Source: Acidobacteriota bacterium (GTDB lineage: Bacteria > Acidobacteriota > UBA6911). From it: 54,357 nucleotides of DNA. The stretch's first letter is position 1; the number at the start of each line of letters is the position of its first letter. The stretch covers positions 1 to 54,357 of the forward strand of contig QHZE01000460.1 in assembly GCA_003225335.1 (NCBI GenBank), given 5' to 3'. Shown here piece after piece: positions 29,241 to 38,834 of this stretch. Position numbers and translations under genes: made by a program. The notes beneath the pieces were generated by a model, which made no database searches, was not told the DNA's origin, and saw only the letters and a list, made by a program, of their open reading frames with translations.

Positions 29241-30452
29241 GTGAATAGACGCGCGGTGCTGCTCGCCTTGGGTTTCATTTTTCACTCGGACGACAAACTC
29301 CTCTTTTCCTGGGAAGATCAGGGTCGCGCTTTCAGCGCGCAGATTGCTCCGGGGCTGAAAATCAGAACCGAGGTGTCGTCACAGTTCCTACATGTGGGAC
29401 AGCAGTTCAGCATCCTGTACAGCCTTGTAACCCAGCGGTACCCCACCGAAATCGATATTGAACCTCAGCAATATTCCGGATTCTGGACTGAGATCGTGCC
29501 CCTGGCGGAGCAAACGCGTACGATCACGCGCTTGCTCGATGGACGTCCTACCCACGAATTCCTTCTGCGACAGATAATAGCCTCCCCATTGGAAGAGGGC
29601 GCGCTCGGACTTCCACCGCTGTCGGTGAAGATCATGATGGCCCGCAGTGCGGCCGCCGGCGCCCCACGCTGGGATGTTGTTGCGAAGTCGAATCCCGTGT
29701 CTCTTACGGTGCTTCCTTTGCCGGCGTCAGAGGCCGGAGCCACGACATCACTTTTGGTGGGGACCCTGGAAGGGCGGCTGGAAGAAAGCAAGCGATCGCA
29801 GGGAAGGGAAGTAATTCTCGACTTGCAGGGGACTGCCAACCTCGCATTCTTTCAGCCTCTTGACTGGTTCCGCGGGACCGGGGTGGCTTTCCTTGCTCCA
29901 CGCCTGGTCCAGGCAGAGTCTTTCGTCGAAACCTGGGACACGGGGGATAGACGGCGGCTCACGATGCAGCAGCACCACCGGTGGTCGATCTGGATGATTC
30001 CCCAGGAGGGGGCCGCGAGGCGTGTTGAAGATCTGCAGATTCCTGTCTTCGACCCGGGCAGAGGCACATGGACGAACGTCCGCATCCCCGGAATCGACGT
30101 CAGGGCGCCGTCCTCCACGACGCGCCCTGCGGCCCCGGCGCCCCTGCCTTCGTCCGAGCGCGGGTCCGCCGGTTTCTTGGGGCGCTACCGTCGCGCTCTT
30201 TGCGCCGGGGCGGTCCTGGCGCTCGTGTCTCTGGGGGTCTGGCTCCTTCGGAAGCGCAAGACGGAGCGTGTCCTGCATCACTGGATGGGATCGAGCCTGG
30301 AAAAACTGCAACAGCAATCGTCAAGAGCGCCGCGCTCCTTTGTCGAAACCGCGCACAAAATTCTGGAGCGATACGCCGAAGAAAACCATCTCATACCGGG
30401 TTCCGGAGACAAGAACTCGTCCACCGATGGGCTGGCGGGGACGTTCCAATAA
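29241..30452 (+). CDS. BatD-like protein
   Basis: GTG start with AAGGAG RBS, VGQQF, P..EG.L.LPP, L.V.PLP, G.ANL, C-terminal TM. Confidence 0.65.
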   Translation: MNRRAVLLALGFIFHSDDKLLFSWEDQGRAFSAQIAPGLKIRTEVSSQFLHVGQQFSILYSLVTQRYPTEIDIEPQQYSGFWTEIVPLAEQTRTITRLLDGRPTHEFLLRQIIASPLEEGALGLPPLSVKIMMARSAAAGAPRWDVVAKSNPVSLTVLPLPASEAGATTSLLVGTLEGRLEESKRSQGREVILDLQGTANLAFFQPLDWFRGTGVAFLAPRLVQAESFVETWDTGDRRRLTMQQHHRWSIWMIPQEGAARRVEDLQIPVFDPGRGTWTNVRIPGIDVRAPSSTTRPAAPAPLPSSERGSAGFLGRYRRALCAGAVLALVSLGVWLLRKRKTERVLHHWMGSSLEKLQQQSSRAPRSFVETAHKILERYAEENHLIPGSGDKNSSTDGLAGTFQ

Positions 30453-30800
30453 ATGACCAATGAGCAATGACAAATAGAGGTCAGAAGTCCGGACAACGAA
30501 CTGCGATTTGTCATCTTTCATTGGTCATTGGTCATTTGTCATTTGTCATTTTTTTCTCTGTCCTCCCGGCGACTCTGCGGTGAATCTGTTTGGTGCGGCC
30601 GAGCTGATCTGTGTTCATCTGTACTACTAACCCGAAAATCCTTTGCTGGCAGGAAAGGATTTTTCTTCGCCGAAATCTTCGCGCTCTTCGCGGCTTCGCG
30701 GTGAATCTCTTTCACCGCGAAGGCGCGAAGCACGCGAAGAAAACGCGAAGGACTTTAGTTTGGTTGCCGCTTTGCTGATCTGTGTTCATCTGTGGTTTCG
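30451..30800 (-). repeat. Tandem composite repeat with two A-B units carrying different bodies
   Basis: Minus strand reads [ACAGATGAACACAGATCAGCAAAGCGGCAACCAAA][~150-bp body shared with 40721-40878][ACAGATGAACACAGATCAGCTCGGCCGCACCAAA][C-D body shared with 7057-7190]. Confidence 0.85.
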
Positions 30801-30816
30801 TTCAAACTGAGTAAGG

Positions 30817-31665
30817 ATGGCGCCTGTGGAAATAATTTCGGCAGTGATTCTCGGAGTGGTTCAGGGATTGACTGAACTTCTTCCCATCAGCAGCTCGGCC
30901 CACCTGATCGTCGTCCATCGGCTCCTCGGCTGGGAGGCGCAAGGACTGGTCTTCGACGTTGCCCTCCATGTGGGAACGTCGGCGGCAATTCTGGCTTACT
31001 TCTGGAGAGACTGGATAGACCTGGCGCGTGAAATGCTGCTCGGAATCAGGGAGCGGCAGTTGTTGGGTAACGCTCAAAGGCGCCTGGCGTGTTTTCTGAT
31101 TGTCGGAACTTTGCCCGCGGCGGCGGCCGGCGTGGCGCTCGGGGTTTATATCGAAACCCATCTGCGTTCCCTTCTTATTCCGGTGTTCACCCTGGTTGCC
31201 TTTGGCGCCCTCATGTATTTTGCGGAACGCTGGAGCAGGCAGGACCGCTCCCTGGAGAAGCTGACCTGGGCAGATTCTCTTTGGATCGGTCTCAGCCAGG
31301 CTCTCGCTTTGATTCCCGGGGTGTCCCGAAGCGGGATAACCATCAGCACGGCGCTGGCAAGGGACATAGACCGGATCTCGGCCGCACGCTTCTCTTTTCT
31401 TCTTTCCACGCCTGTGATCGTCGGCGCCGGAATGCTCGAGGGCTGGCATCTGGTGAAGGCGGCGCGGACCCCCGCGGGATCACCTGGTCCAGAAATCCAA
31501 TGGCTGCTTATGGCAGTAGGAGCCGCAACCGCGGCGATCACGGGCTTTTTGTGCATTCGTTATTTTCTGCGCTACCTGCAAACCCACACGCTCACGCCTT
31601 TCGTCATCTATCGAATCATCTTCGCAGGAGTCACCCTGCTCGTATATCTTACTTATTCCAAGTAA
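30817..31665 (+). CDS. uppP: Undecaprenyl-diphosphate phosphatase
   Basis: LGVVQGLTELLPISSSAHL, ALIPGVSRSGITI, ARFSFLL. Confidence 0.95.
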   Translation: MAPVEIISAVILGVVQGLTELLPISSSAHLIVVHRLLGWEAQGLVFDVALHVGTSAAILAYFWRDWIDLAREMLLGIRERQLLGNAQRRLACFLIVGTLPAAAAGVALGVYIETHLRSLLIPVFTLVAFGALMYFAERWSRQDRSLEKLTWADSLWIGLSQALALIPGVSRSGITISTALARDIDRISAARFSFLLSTPVIVGAGMLEGWHLVKAARTPAGSPGPEIQWLLMAVGAATAAITGFLCIRYFLRYLQTHTLTPFVIYRIIFAGVTLLVYLTYSK

Positions 31666-31687
31666 GCGCGGTTTGTTTCGGAGATCA

Positions 31688-31800
31688 GAAGCTGTGAAAA
31701 AAATCCATCCGCCGTAGAGGCAACCCGCCGACTGGCCAATAATGGCGCGGACTTGCGGGCGGACACCAGCCCTACGACGCTCCAATTTTTTCACAACCTC
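31688..31800. mobile_element. MITE-like element inserted in a GGAG-REP and containing a GTAG-REP-like core
   Basis: Ends GAAGCTGTGAAAAAA / TTTTTTCACAACCTC; the flanks rejoin to GGAGATCAGGCTTTAGCCTG. Confidence 0.6.
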
Positions 31801-31934
31801 CTCAGGCTTTAGCCTGCTGACGGCGCCCTCTGCTGTTCCGCTCCCCTGATTCTCATCAGGGTATACGTCAACATCCCTAGGCCATGAGTCGAACACCCTA
31901 GGGTTTTTTTTCAGGAAACAAGGGAAAACCCCAG

Positions 31935-31963
31935 TTGCCTAAAACGCAATGGTGGCGTAGCCT
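31935..31963 (+). promoter_or_regulatory. Possible sigma70-like promoter
   Basis: TTGCCT-N17-TAGCCT just upstream of ATG 31972. Confidence 0.3.
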
Positions 31964-31971
31964 ATGAGAGT

Positions 31972-33660
31972 ATGAATTCTCCTCAGAAGAAGAAAGTTCC
32001 GATCTTCAATGTCGAGGTCGGTCTGGTCCGGACACGCGACGAACTGGAGAAGCTGAACGCGCATCTCGAAGATAAGGTGCGCGAACGAACAGAAGACCTC
32101 TCCTGCGAGATCGCTCAGCGCGAGCGGGCAGAAGCGGCGCTGCGCGAAGAAAGAGAGCGATACCGCGAGCTGTTTGAAAACGCCAACGACATTCTCTACA
32201 CCCTGGACCTGACGGGACGCGTGACTTCCTTAAATGCGGCAGGCGAACAGATCATCGGGCATAAACGACGTGAAGCCCTGGGCACGAGCATCGGCGAGAT
32301 CCTCGGAGAGGAATATCAGGATTTTGTTCAAGGCATGCTTGACGAAGAAACCAACGGGAAGCACGGTACCGCTTACCAACTGGAGATTGTGGCGAGAGAC
32401 GGCCGCCCCATAGAGCTTGAAGTCAGCACACGCCTTGTATTCGACAAGGAAGGACGACCTGTAGGGGCTCACGGCATCGCCCGTGATGTGAGCGAGCGCA
32501 AGAAACTGGAGCAGCAACTTCGCCAGGCTCAGAAAATGGAAGCCATCGGGAATCTGGCAGGCGGCATCGCTCACAACTTCAACAACATGTTGACCGTCAT
32601 TTTGGGATACAGCCATCTGATTCTCAGCTCCGGCGCCGCGGACAGCCGCATCCGCGCGCAGGTCGAAACAATAGCGGGAGCCGCGGAGCGCTCTGTCGCG
32701 CTGACGCGGCACCTCTTGACCTTCAGCCGGAATCAGATACTCCAGCCGAAAGTGCTGGACCTGAATGCCGTTGTCCGTCAGACAGAGAAGATGCTGCGCC
32801 CTTTAATCGGCGAAAACATGAATCTTGTGAGCAGGCCGGGCAGGGATCTGGGAAGGGTTAAAGCGGATCCGGGCCAGATCGAACAGGTCATCATGAACCT
32901 TGCGGTCAATGCGCGCGACGCTATGCCGGACGGTGGGGCCCTCATCATCGAAACCAAAAACGTCGAGTTTGACGAAGACTACATCCGATGGCACCCGGGA
33001 GCCCGGCCCGGAACCTATGCGCTCTTGAAGGTCACGGACACGGGGTGCGGCATGGATCAGCAAACAATGTCCCACATCTTCGAACCCTTCTTCACCACAA
33101 AAGAGGCCGGCAAGGGAACAGGACTGGGGCTGGCGACCGTCTACGGAATCGTCAAGCAAAGCGGTGGACATATCTGGGTGTACAGCGAGGTCGGGCAAGG
33201 AACCACGTTCAAGATCTATCTGCCGCACGCCGAGGAATCCGCTGAGCCGGTCGAGCCCAGCGAGATGAGGGTTGAGAGAAGAGACGGCGGTGAAACCATT
33301 CTGCTTGTCGAAGACGAAGCGGCTTTGCGCCGTCTCGTTCACGACATGCTCGAAAGATACGGCTACACGGTTTTGCAAGCGGAAAGTGCGGAGGCGGCGA
33401 TCATTCTTTGTGAGCAGCACGGAGGACCCATCAGCCTGTTGCTCACCGACGTCATCATGACAGGCATGAACGGCAGTCAACTGGCCGACCGCTTAAGAAC
33501 CCCGCACCCCGAAATGAAAGTTCTCTACATGTCCGGGTACACCGATGGAAGCATTCTTCGCCACGGCGTGCTGAGGCACGGGACACGCCTCATTGAGAAA
33601 CCCTTCAAGGCAGAAACGTTGAACAAGAAGCTACGCGAGACCCTGGGAGCGAAAGCGTAG
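31972..33660 (+). CDS. PAS hybrid sensor histidine kinase/response regulator
   Basis: PAS/PAC, H-box AGGIAHNFNN, NLAVNARDAM, FEPFFTTK, GTGLGL, receiver LLVEDE..LLLTD..KPF. Confidence 0.93.
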   Translation: MNSPQKKKVPIFNVEVGLVRTRDELEKLNAHLEDKVRERTEDLSCEIAQRERAEAALREERERYRELFENANDILYTLDLTGRVTSLNAAGEQIIGHKRREALGTSIGEILGEEYQDFVQGMLDEETNGKHGTAYQLEIVARDGRPIELEVSTRLVFDKEGRPVGAHGIARDVSERKKLEQQLRQAQKMEAIGNLAGGIAHNFNNMLTVILGYSHLILSSGAADSRIRAQVETIAGAAERSVALTRHLLTFSRNQILQPKVLDLNAVVRQTEKMLRPLIGENMNLVSRPGRDLGRVKADPGQIEQVIMNLAVNARDAMPDGGALIIETKNVEFDEDYIRWHPGARPGTYALLKVTDTGCGMDQQTMSHIFEPFFTTKEAGKGTGLGLATVYGIVKQSGGHIWVYSEVGQGTTFKIYLPHAEESAEPVEPSEMRVERRDGGETILLVEDEAALRRLVHDMLERYGYTVLQAESAEAAIILCEQHGGPISLLLTDVIMTGMNGSQLADRLRTPHPEMKVLYMSGYTDGSILRHGVLRHGTRLIEKPFKAETLNKKLRETLGAKA

Positions 33661-33805
33661 GTTCGGAGTTCAGCCTTCAGGCTGCACAGGTCAGTGCAGG
33701 CTAAAGCCTGAACTCCATGCCTGCTTCAATCAGGTTTGGTTCAGGTTCGGATCTCAGCCTTCAGGCTGCACTGGCGCCGGGCAGGCTGAAGCCTGAACTC
33801 CAAAC
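33661..33805. repeat. Two GGAG-type REP doublets between convergent genes
   Basis: GGAGTTCAGCCTTCAGGCTG...CAGGCTAAAGCCTGAACTCC, present twice (second copy slightly degenerate). Confidence 0.85.
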
Positions 33806-33809
33806 AGGA

Positions 33810-35144
33810 TCACTTCCGTCCCCGCTTCCGCTCTTTGATGCTCTCCAGGATTTCCTTGATCTGCCGCTCCGCTCCCTGACCAGTAGGATAGTAGTACTGC
33901 CGCCCTCGAAGCGATTCCGGCAGGCATTCCATGTCCGCGACCTTTTCGTCGAGATCGTGGGCGTACTGATATCCTTTGGCGTAGCCCAGTTCCTTCATCA
34001 GTCGCGTGGGCGCGTTCCGGATGTGAAGTGGAGGAGGCTCATTTATGGTTTTCTGCACGTCCTCGGCAACGGCGGAATACGCGGTGCAAAGAGAATTCGA
34101 TTTGGGCGCCACGGAAAGGTATACGGCCGCCTGCGCGAGAGCGAGTTTGCATTCGGGCAGCCCCACTATCTGAACCGCATCGGCGGCATCCAGGGCAACA
34201 CGGAGCGCCCTCAGATCGGCCACACCGATGTCCTCCGAGGCGAAACGGACCATGCGGCGCGCGATGTAGATCGGGTCTTCTCCCCCCTCCAGCATTCTTC
34301 CCAACCAGTACAGCGCGGCGTCAGGATCGCTGTTCCGCATGGACTTGTGGAGAGCGGAGATGAGGTTGTAGTGTTCTTCTCCCGCTTTGTCATAAAGCAG
34401 GATCTTCTTCTGCAGCGCGGCTTCGACGTCGGCTTCCGACAGAGCCACCGGCGATCGTCCGGAAGCGAGAGCGACGGCGATTTCGAGAGCATTGAGGGCG
34501 ATGCGCGCATCCCCGTTGGCATAGATCGCCAGCCGCCGCAGAACTTCATCAGAAACCTGAATCGGAAGCTTGCCCAATCCCCGTTCCGGATCGTTAAGCG
34601 CGCGCCGGAGAATCGCGACAATGTTCTCCGGGCTGAGCGGGTTCAGAACATACACCTTGGCTCGTGAGAGGAGAGCGCTGATCAGTTCAAAGGACGGGTT
34701 CTCCGTGGTCGCGCCTATAAGAACGACAACCCCCGATTCGACATAAGGGAGAAAGGCGTCCTGCTGAGCCTTGTTGAAGCGATGGATTTCGTCGACGAAC
34801 AGAATCGTCCTGGACTTGAGTCGCCTGTGACCGGTTTCCGCCTCGGCCATTACCGCCTTGATCTCTTTGATCCCGGAAAGGACGGCGCTGTAAGAAACGA
34901 ACCTCGATTCAGTCTCTTGAGCGATTATGCGCGCAAGAGTGGTCTTGCCAGTTCCAGGCGGTCCCCAGAGGATGATCGAACGGAGTTGATCCCGTTCGAT
35001 CATCTCTCGCAGCACCTTTCCCTCGCCTATCAGGTGCGACTGGCCTGCGACTTCGTCAAGCCTCCGGGGACGCACGCGCTCCGCCAACGGCGCATCCTCC
35101 CCAGGGGACGGCGGCTCAACATCGGGAAATAGTGAACGATTCAT
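33810..35144 (-). CDS. rarA: Replication-associated recombination protein A (RarA/MgsA)
   Basis: [56 protein letters not shown]. Confidence 0.96.
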   Translation of the reverse strand: MNRSLFPDVEPPSPGEDAPLAERVRPRRLDEVAGQSHLIGEGKVLREMIERDQLRSIILWGPPGTGKTTLARIIAQETESRFVSYSAVLSGIKEIKAVMAEAETGHRRLKSRTILFVDEIHRFNKAQQDAFLPYVESGVVVLIGATTENPSFELISALLSRAKVYVLNPLSPENIVAILRRALNDPERGLGKLPIQVSDEVLRRLAIYANGDARIALNALEIAVALASGRSPVALSEADVEAALQKKILLYDKAGEEHYNLISALHKSMRNSDPDAALYWLGRMLEGGEDPIYIARRMVRFASEDIGVADLRALRVALDAADAVQIVGLPECKLALAQAAVYLSVAPKSNSLCTAYSAVAEDVQKTINEPPPLHIRNAPTRLMKELGYAKGYQYAHDLDEKVADMECLPESLRGRQYYYPTGQGAERQIKEILESIKERKRGRK

Positions 35145-35177
35145 AAGTGCGAGGGTGTAATTGTATCACGCCCGTTT

Positions 35178-35263
35178 TGATTGCGGATTGGCGATTGCGG
35201 ATTGTCTAATGCAAGGTGTCCGTTAACTCCAAATCCGAAATCCGCAATCCCAAATCCGCAATT
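35178..35263. repeat. GATTGCG-family heptamer hairpin
   Basis: GATTGCGGATTGGCGATTGCGGATT ... AATCCGAAATCCGCAATCCCAAATCCGCAAT. Confidence 0.8.
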
Positions 35264-36059
35264 AGAGATCCCTTTGGCGGAGCGCCTCGAAGAGAAGGAT
35301 TGCCCCCGCACTCGCCACATTCAGGGATTCGACCCCGGGCGCCATCGGAATGCGAACCGCGCGGATGCCGCTCCATTCGATTCCCGGAAGTCCCTGGCTT
35401 TCGTTCCCGAGCAGAATCGCCGTGGGCCTCGTCAAATCCATTTTTGAGTAGGGTTCTCCAGTGCGAGCGTCGGCTCGGACGGGCTGGAGGCCGTGTCTCC
35501 CGCAATATTCCAGAATGTCCTTTGGCGCCAGCTCTTCCACGACCGGAATACGGAAGTAGGTCCCGGCGCTGGCGCGGATGCATTTCGGGTTTCTTGAAGA
35601 GACGGTGCTCGTCGTCGTGCAAACGAGCGCCGCCGCGGCTGCTGCTGCCGCGCGCAAGAGCGTTCCCAGATTCCCGGGATCCTGAATGGCGCACGCGCAA
35701 AGGACCACAGGATTGGGCCCCAGGCTGATGTCTGCAAGGTTGAGACGTGGAACACGCACCAGGGCGAGCGCCCCCTGGGGCGAAAGCACTTCCGAAAGAG
35801 ACTTCATCAGCTTCCGGTCGGCGCGGTAGATCTTCACGCTCTTCGATCGCAAGCGCGAAATCAGGAGCTGCTCGCGATCTCTCTTTCCGAATCCTTCTGA
35901 AATGACAACGGCATCGATTGAGTGTTCGGCGGCTTCTTCCAGGACGCGCAGTCCTTCCGCGAGCACCAGATCGCGGGGCGCCCTCCGCGACCCGGAGGCA
36001 ACAAGACGGATTCTCCGCACAAGCGGATTCTCTTTACTTGTGATTTCAGGGAAGGACAT
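35262..36059 (-). CDS. TrmH/SpoU-family RNA methyltransferase
   Basis: ITS.EN, IQDPGNLGTLLR, LGNE..G, IPM..GVESLNV. ATG 36059. Confidence 0.92.
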   Translation of the reverse strand: MSFPEITSKENPLVRRIRLVASGSRRAPRDLVLAEGLRVLEEAAEHSIDAVVISEGFGKRDREQLLISRLRSKSVKIYRADRKLMKSLSEVLSPQGALALVRVPRLNLADISLGPNPVVLCACAIQDPGNLGTLLRAAAAAAAALVCTTTSTVSSRNPKCIRASAGTYFRIPVVEELAPKDILEYCGRHGLQPVRADARTGEPYSKMDLTRPTAILLGNESQGLPGIEWSGIRAVRIPMAPGVESLNVASAGAILLFEALRQRDL

Positions 36060-36073
36060 GGATGGGGAGGGTG

Positions 36074-36916
36074 TCAGCTCCTCTTCGCCGTGAGGGAGGC
36101 CGCACGGCCGCGCCGCAGGCTGCCCCAGACGACGCGTTCGATGGGAAAGCGTTCGTTCTGCAGCAACTCGGAAGCGAGCTTTCGAGCCAGGGAGTCCTGC
36201 TTCTTGCTGTCCGCCTTGTTTATGTAAGGGACAATGCGCATGCGCGGTTTCCAGCCCTTGCACACACCGTCGGGATGGAGAAGGAGCGAGGCCGCCAGCT
36301 CGGGCGTCAAGATCTGCCCTTGCTCCAGGGAGTACCGCTCAAAGGCTGTTTCCCAGCGAAAGAGCGTTTCCGGCCCCAGAGGCTTGTTCAAACAATCCAG
36401 ACCGATTACGGGAATGAGATACTCCCCCTCTTCCATCAACACCGGCTCCCCATCTCGAGGCATTTTCAAGGACATGCTGCGAGCGCCATCGGCCTCGTTC
36501 AGAATAAGCGGAAAGTCCGCGCGGTCGAGTTTCCGCGCAAAATCCGGAGCCACGCCCCCAAGCAGGCCAGGCGCAATGGACGGGCGGGTCGCCACCAGAA
36601 TACGGACCCAGTCGAGCCCGCTGTGCAGGCTCCGTTCCAAGAGCGTCCTGTGCAGATTCGGATCGTCGCAGGCCACCTGGACCAGCCCCTTCTCCGGGTG
36701 CGGCGGGTGTATGCGGACAGTCGTCGTATAGATCACGGGGAGAGTAGAGGAATACTCTCGGGCCAGCTTGAGAATCAGAGCGGTTTTTCCGCCGCCGCCG
36801 ACGAAATTGACGATCGCGGGTATCTGGAGGCCGAATTGCTCAGCAAACAGGCCCATGATTTCTACCGCGAAAGCGCTTTCGGGCGCTGGCCGGCATGACT
36901 CTCCGATTCCAAGCAA
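36074..36916 (-). CDS. yqeC: YqeC-like accessory protein of selenium-dependent molybdenum hydroxylases
   Basis: FVGGGGKT, YTTT, EADGAR..LK.P...EP, INKAD. Start uncertain. Confidence 0.78.
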   Translation of the reverse strand: MLGIGESCRPAPESAFAVEIMGLFAEQFGLQIPAIVNFVGGGGKTALILKLAREYSSTLPVIYTTTVRIHPPHPEKGLVQVACDDPNLHRTLLERSLHSGLDWVRILVATRPSIAPGLLGGVAPDFARKLDRADFPLILNEADGARSMSLKMPRDGEPVLMEEGEYLIPVIGLDCLNKPLGPETLFRWETAFERYSLEQGQILTPELAASLLLHPDGVCKGWKPRMRIVPYINKADSKKQDSLARKLASELLQNERFPIERVVWGSLRRGRAASLTAKRS

Positions 36917-37857
36917 TTCCAGGTCCGCCGGATAATGTAAGGCGTCTTGCCCTGAGACTCAAAGTAGGTTCGGATCAAGAGCTCCGCCACGAGACCCATC
37001 AGAATGAATTGCACACCGAGGATAAACAGAAAGACCGCCAAGAGAAGAAAGGGATTGTTATGGGCCTTTGTTTGATTCATGTACTTTTCCACGAGCGTCC
37101 AGCAAGCAAAGAACAGGCCTCCGGCACAGGACAGGAGCCCCGCTCCCCCAAAAAAGTACATGGGTTTTGTGGAGTAGCTCCCCAGCAGCTTCAAGGTGAT
37201 CAGGTCCAGGATCACCTTGAAACTCCGAGACAATCCGTATTTGCTTTTCCCGCGCAGCCGCGGATGATGGCGCACCGGTATCTCCGTAACTCTCGCGCCC
37301 GCCCAGGACGCGTATATGGGAATAAACCGGTGCATTTCTCCGTAGAGACGCACGTGCTGGAGCACTTCGCGCCGATAACCCTTCAATGTGCAACCGTAGT
37401 CGTGCAGCCGCACGCCGCTGATGTGGGAAATCAGCAAGTTTGCCAGCTGTGAGGGGAGTTTGCGGTCGAGCCAGGGATCCTTCCGATCGCGCCGCCAGCA
37501 ACTGACGACGTCGAAGCCTTCATCCAGTTTCATCAAGATAGATGGAATATCGGCGGGATCGTTCTGCAAGTCCGCATCGAGCGCGATAATGATCTGTCCC
37601 TGGGCGAAATCAAATCCGGCGGCCATCGCCGCGGTCTGGCCGAAGTTCCGGCGAAATTCAATCAATTTGATTCTCGGGTTTTCTTGCGCCCGCGCCTGCA
37701 AGTAAGCGCCGCTTCCGTCCGTACTGCCGTCGTCCACAAACACGATCTCATAGTTCCTGCCGATCGAGTCCAGCGTGTGCGATAACCTGGCGAGCAGAGG
37801 CTCGAGATTGTATCTCTCGTTACAGACCGGAATGATGACAGAGATCATTTCGTTCAT
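36862..37857 (-). CDS. GT2 polyprenyl-phosphate glycosyltransferase (ArnC/GtrB-like)
   Basis: SVIIP..NE, VDDGSTD, RNFGQ.AA, DADLQNDP.DI, and two C-terminal TMs. Confidence 0.9.
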   Translation of the reverse strand: MNEMISVIIPVCNERYNLEPLLARLSHTLDSIGRNYEIVFVDDGSTDGSGAYLQARAQENPRIKLIEFRRNFGQTAAMAAGFDFAQGQIIIALDADLQNDPADIPSILMKLDEGFDVVSCWRRDRKDPWLDRKLPSQLANLLISHISGVRLHDYGCTLKGYRREVLQHVRLYGEMHRFIPIYASWAGARVTEIPVRHHPRLRGKSKYGLSRSFKVILDLITLKLLGSYSTKPMYFFGGAGLLSCAGGLFFACWTLVEKYMNQTKAHNNPFLLLAVFLFILGVQFILMGLVAELLIRTYFESQGKTPYIIRRTWNCLESESHAGQRPKALSR

Positions 37858-38834
37858 GAAAAATCGGCCTCGAAAGCGGCCATTTCCCGAGCGTCCCGCT
37901 TATCCTTGAAGAACGCATAGAGCACGCCGCCCGGAATGGCGGACAGAATCATAGTCGAAAAGTATAGAAGGCTCAGGGCCAGACACGAGGCTGGCGACAC
38001 GCCAACGGCGCTGAACAAGGCTCTGAAAGCGTAGTCGCGCAATCCCATGCCATTAAGGCTGACGGGGATCATCGAGACGAGAGTCACCACAGGCACAAAC
38101 GCCAGAAAGTACAAGATTGAAAGATCGAGCCGCAGCGCTTCGGAAATGAGCCAGGTCACCGAAATCACCAGGAATTGGTTGACTAGAGAGATTGCCAGGG
38201 AACCCAACAGAACATTCCGCTCGCGGCCGAGGATCTGAAAGGCGCTGGAGAGTCTGTCCATCTTGCCTGCGATCCGCGGCATCCTCATTCGATGAAGCAG
38301 GCTGGTAAGCAGCCGGTGCACCGAGGGGGTGAAGATGGCCCCATTAACGAGCAGGAAGGCCGCGAATGCCCCCCATACGATGAGCGAGACCGGGACCCCG
38401 GGAATGCTCACGGGGTGCGCAAGCGTGGCATAGCAGGCGATGATCATCATGGCCAGCATCCCCGCGTCGCGGTCGAGGAACGTCGCTGCGAAACTCTGCG
38501 CGTATTGCCTGGAGGGCTTGCCGGCGTAGTACATCTTGACAACATCCCCTCCCACCACCGTCGGGAACGCGAGGTTGAAGAACAGTCCGATGCAATAGAT
38601 CTTCAAGAGCTGCGCCAGGGAAGGAACGGGCATCAGCGGGCGCATCAACAGCCGCCAGCGAAAGAGGCAGACGTAGTGGCCGACACAGAGCACGGCAAAG
38701 CCCAGGAGCAGCAGATTGAAACGCGCAGTGCGCAGCGTGGCCCAGAACTCATGGAAATCGACTTTGCGGAAGAGGAGGTAGAACAGGGCCACAGTCACCA
38801 TAGTCTTTAGCAGCGCGGCGAGAACGTTCTTCAT
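37854..38834 (-). CDS. Lysylphosphatidylglycerol synthase TM-domain (UPF0104) putative flippase
   Basis: Polytopic; RW, FFN..FP..VGGD, DR, PVSLNG.G.RD. Confidence 0.82.
   Translation of the reverse strand: MKNVLAALLKTMVTVALFYLLFRKVDFHEFWATLRTARFNLLLLGFAVLCVGHYVCLFRWRLLMRPLMPVPSLAQLLKIYCIGLFFNLAFPTVVGGDVVKMYYAGKPSRQYAQSFAATFLDRDAGMLAMMIIACYATLAHPVSIPGVPVSLIVWGAFAAFLLVNGAIFTPSVHRLLTSLLHRMRMPRIAGKMDRLSSAFQILGRERNVLLGSLAISLVNQFLVISVTWLISEALRLDLSILYFLAFVPVVTLVSMIPVSLNGMGLRDYAFRALFSAVGVSPASCLALSLLYFSTMILSAIPGGVLYAFFKDKRDAREMAAFEADFS

Noticed and set aside
30451-30800. Possible CRISPR array
   Set aside because: Only two degenerate repeats, long self-repetitive intervening bodies, and no cas genes.
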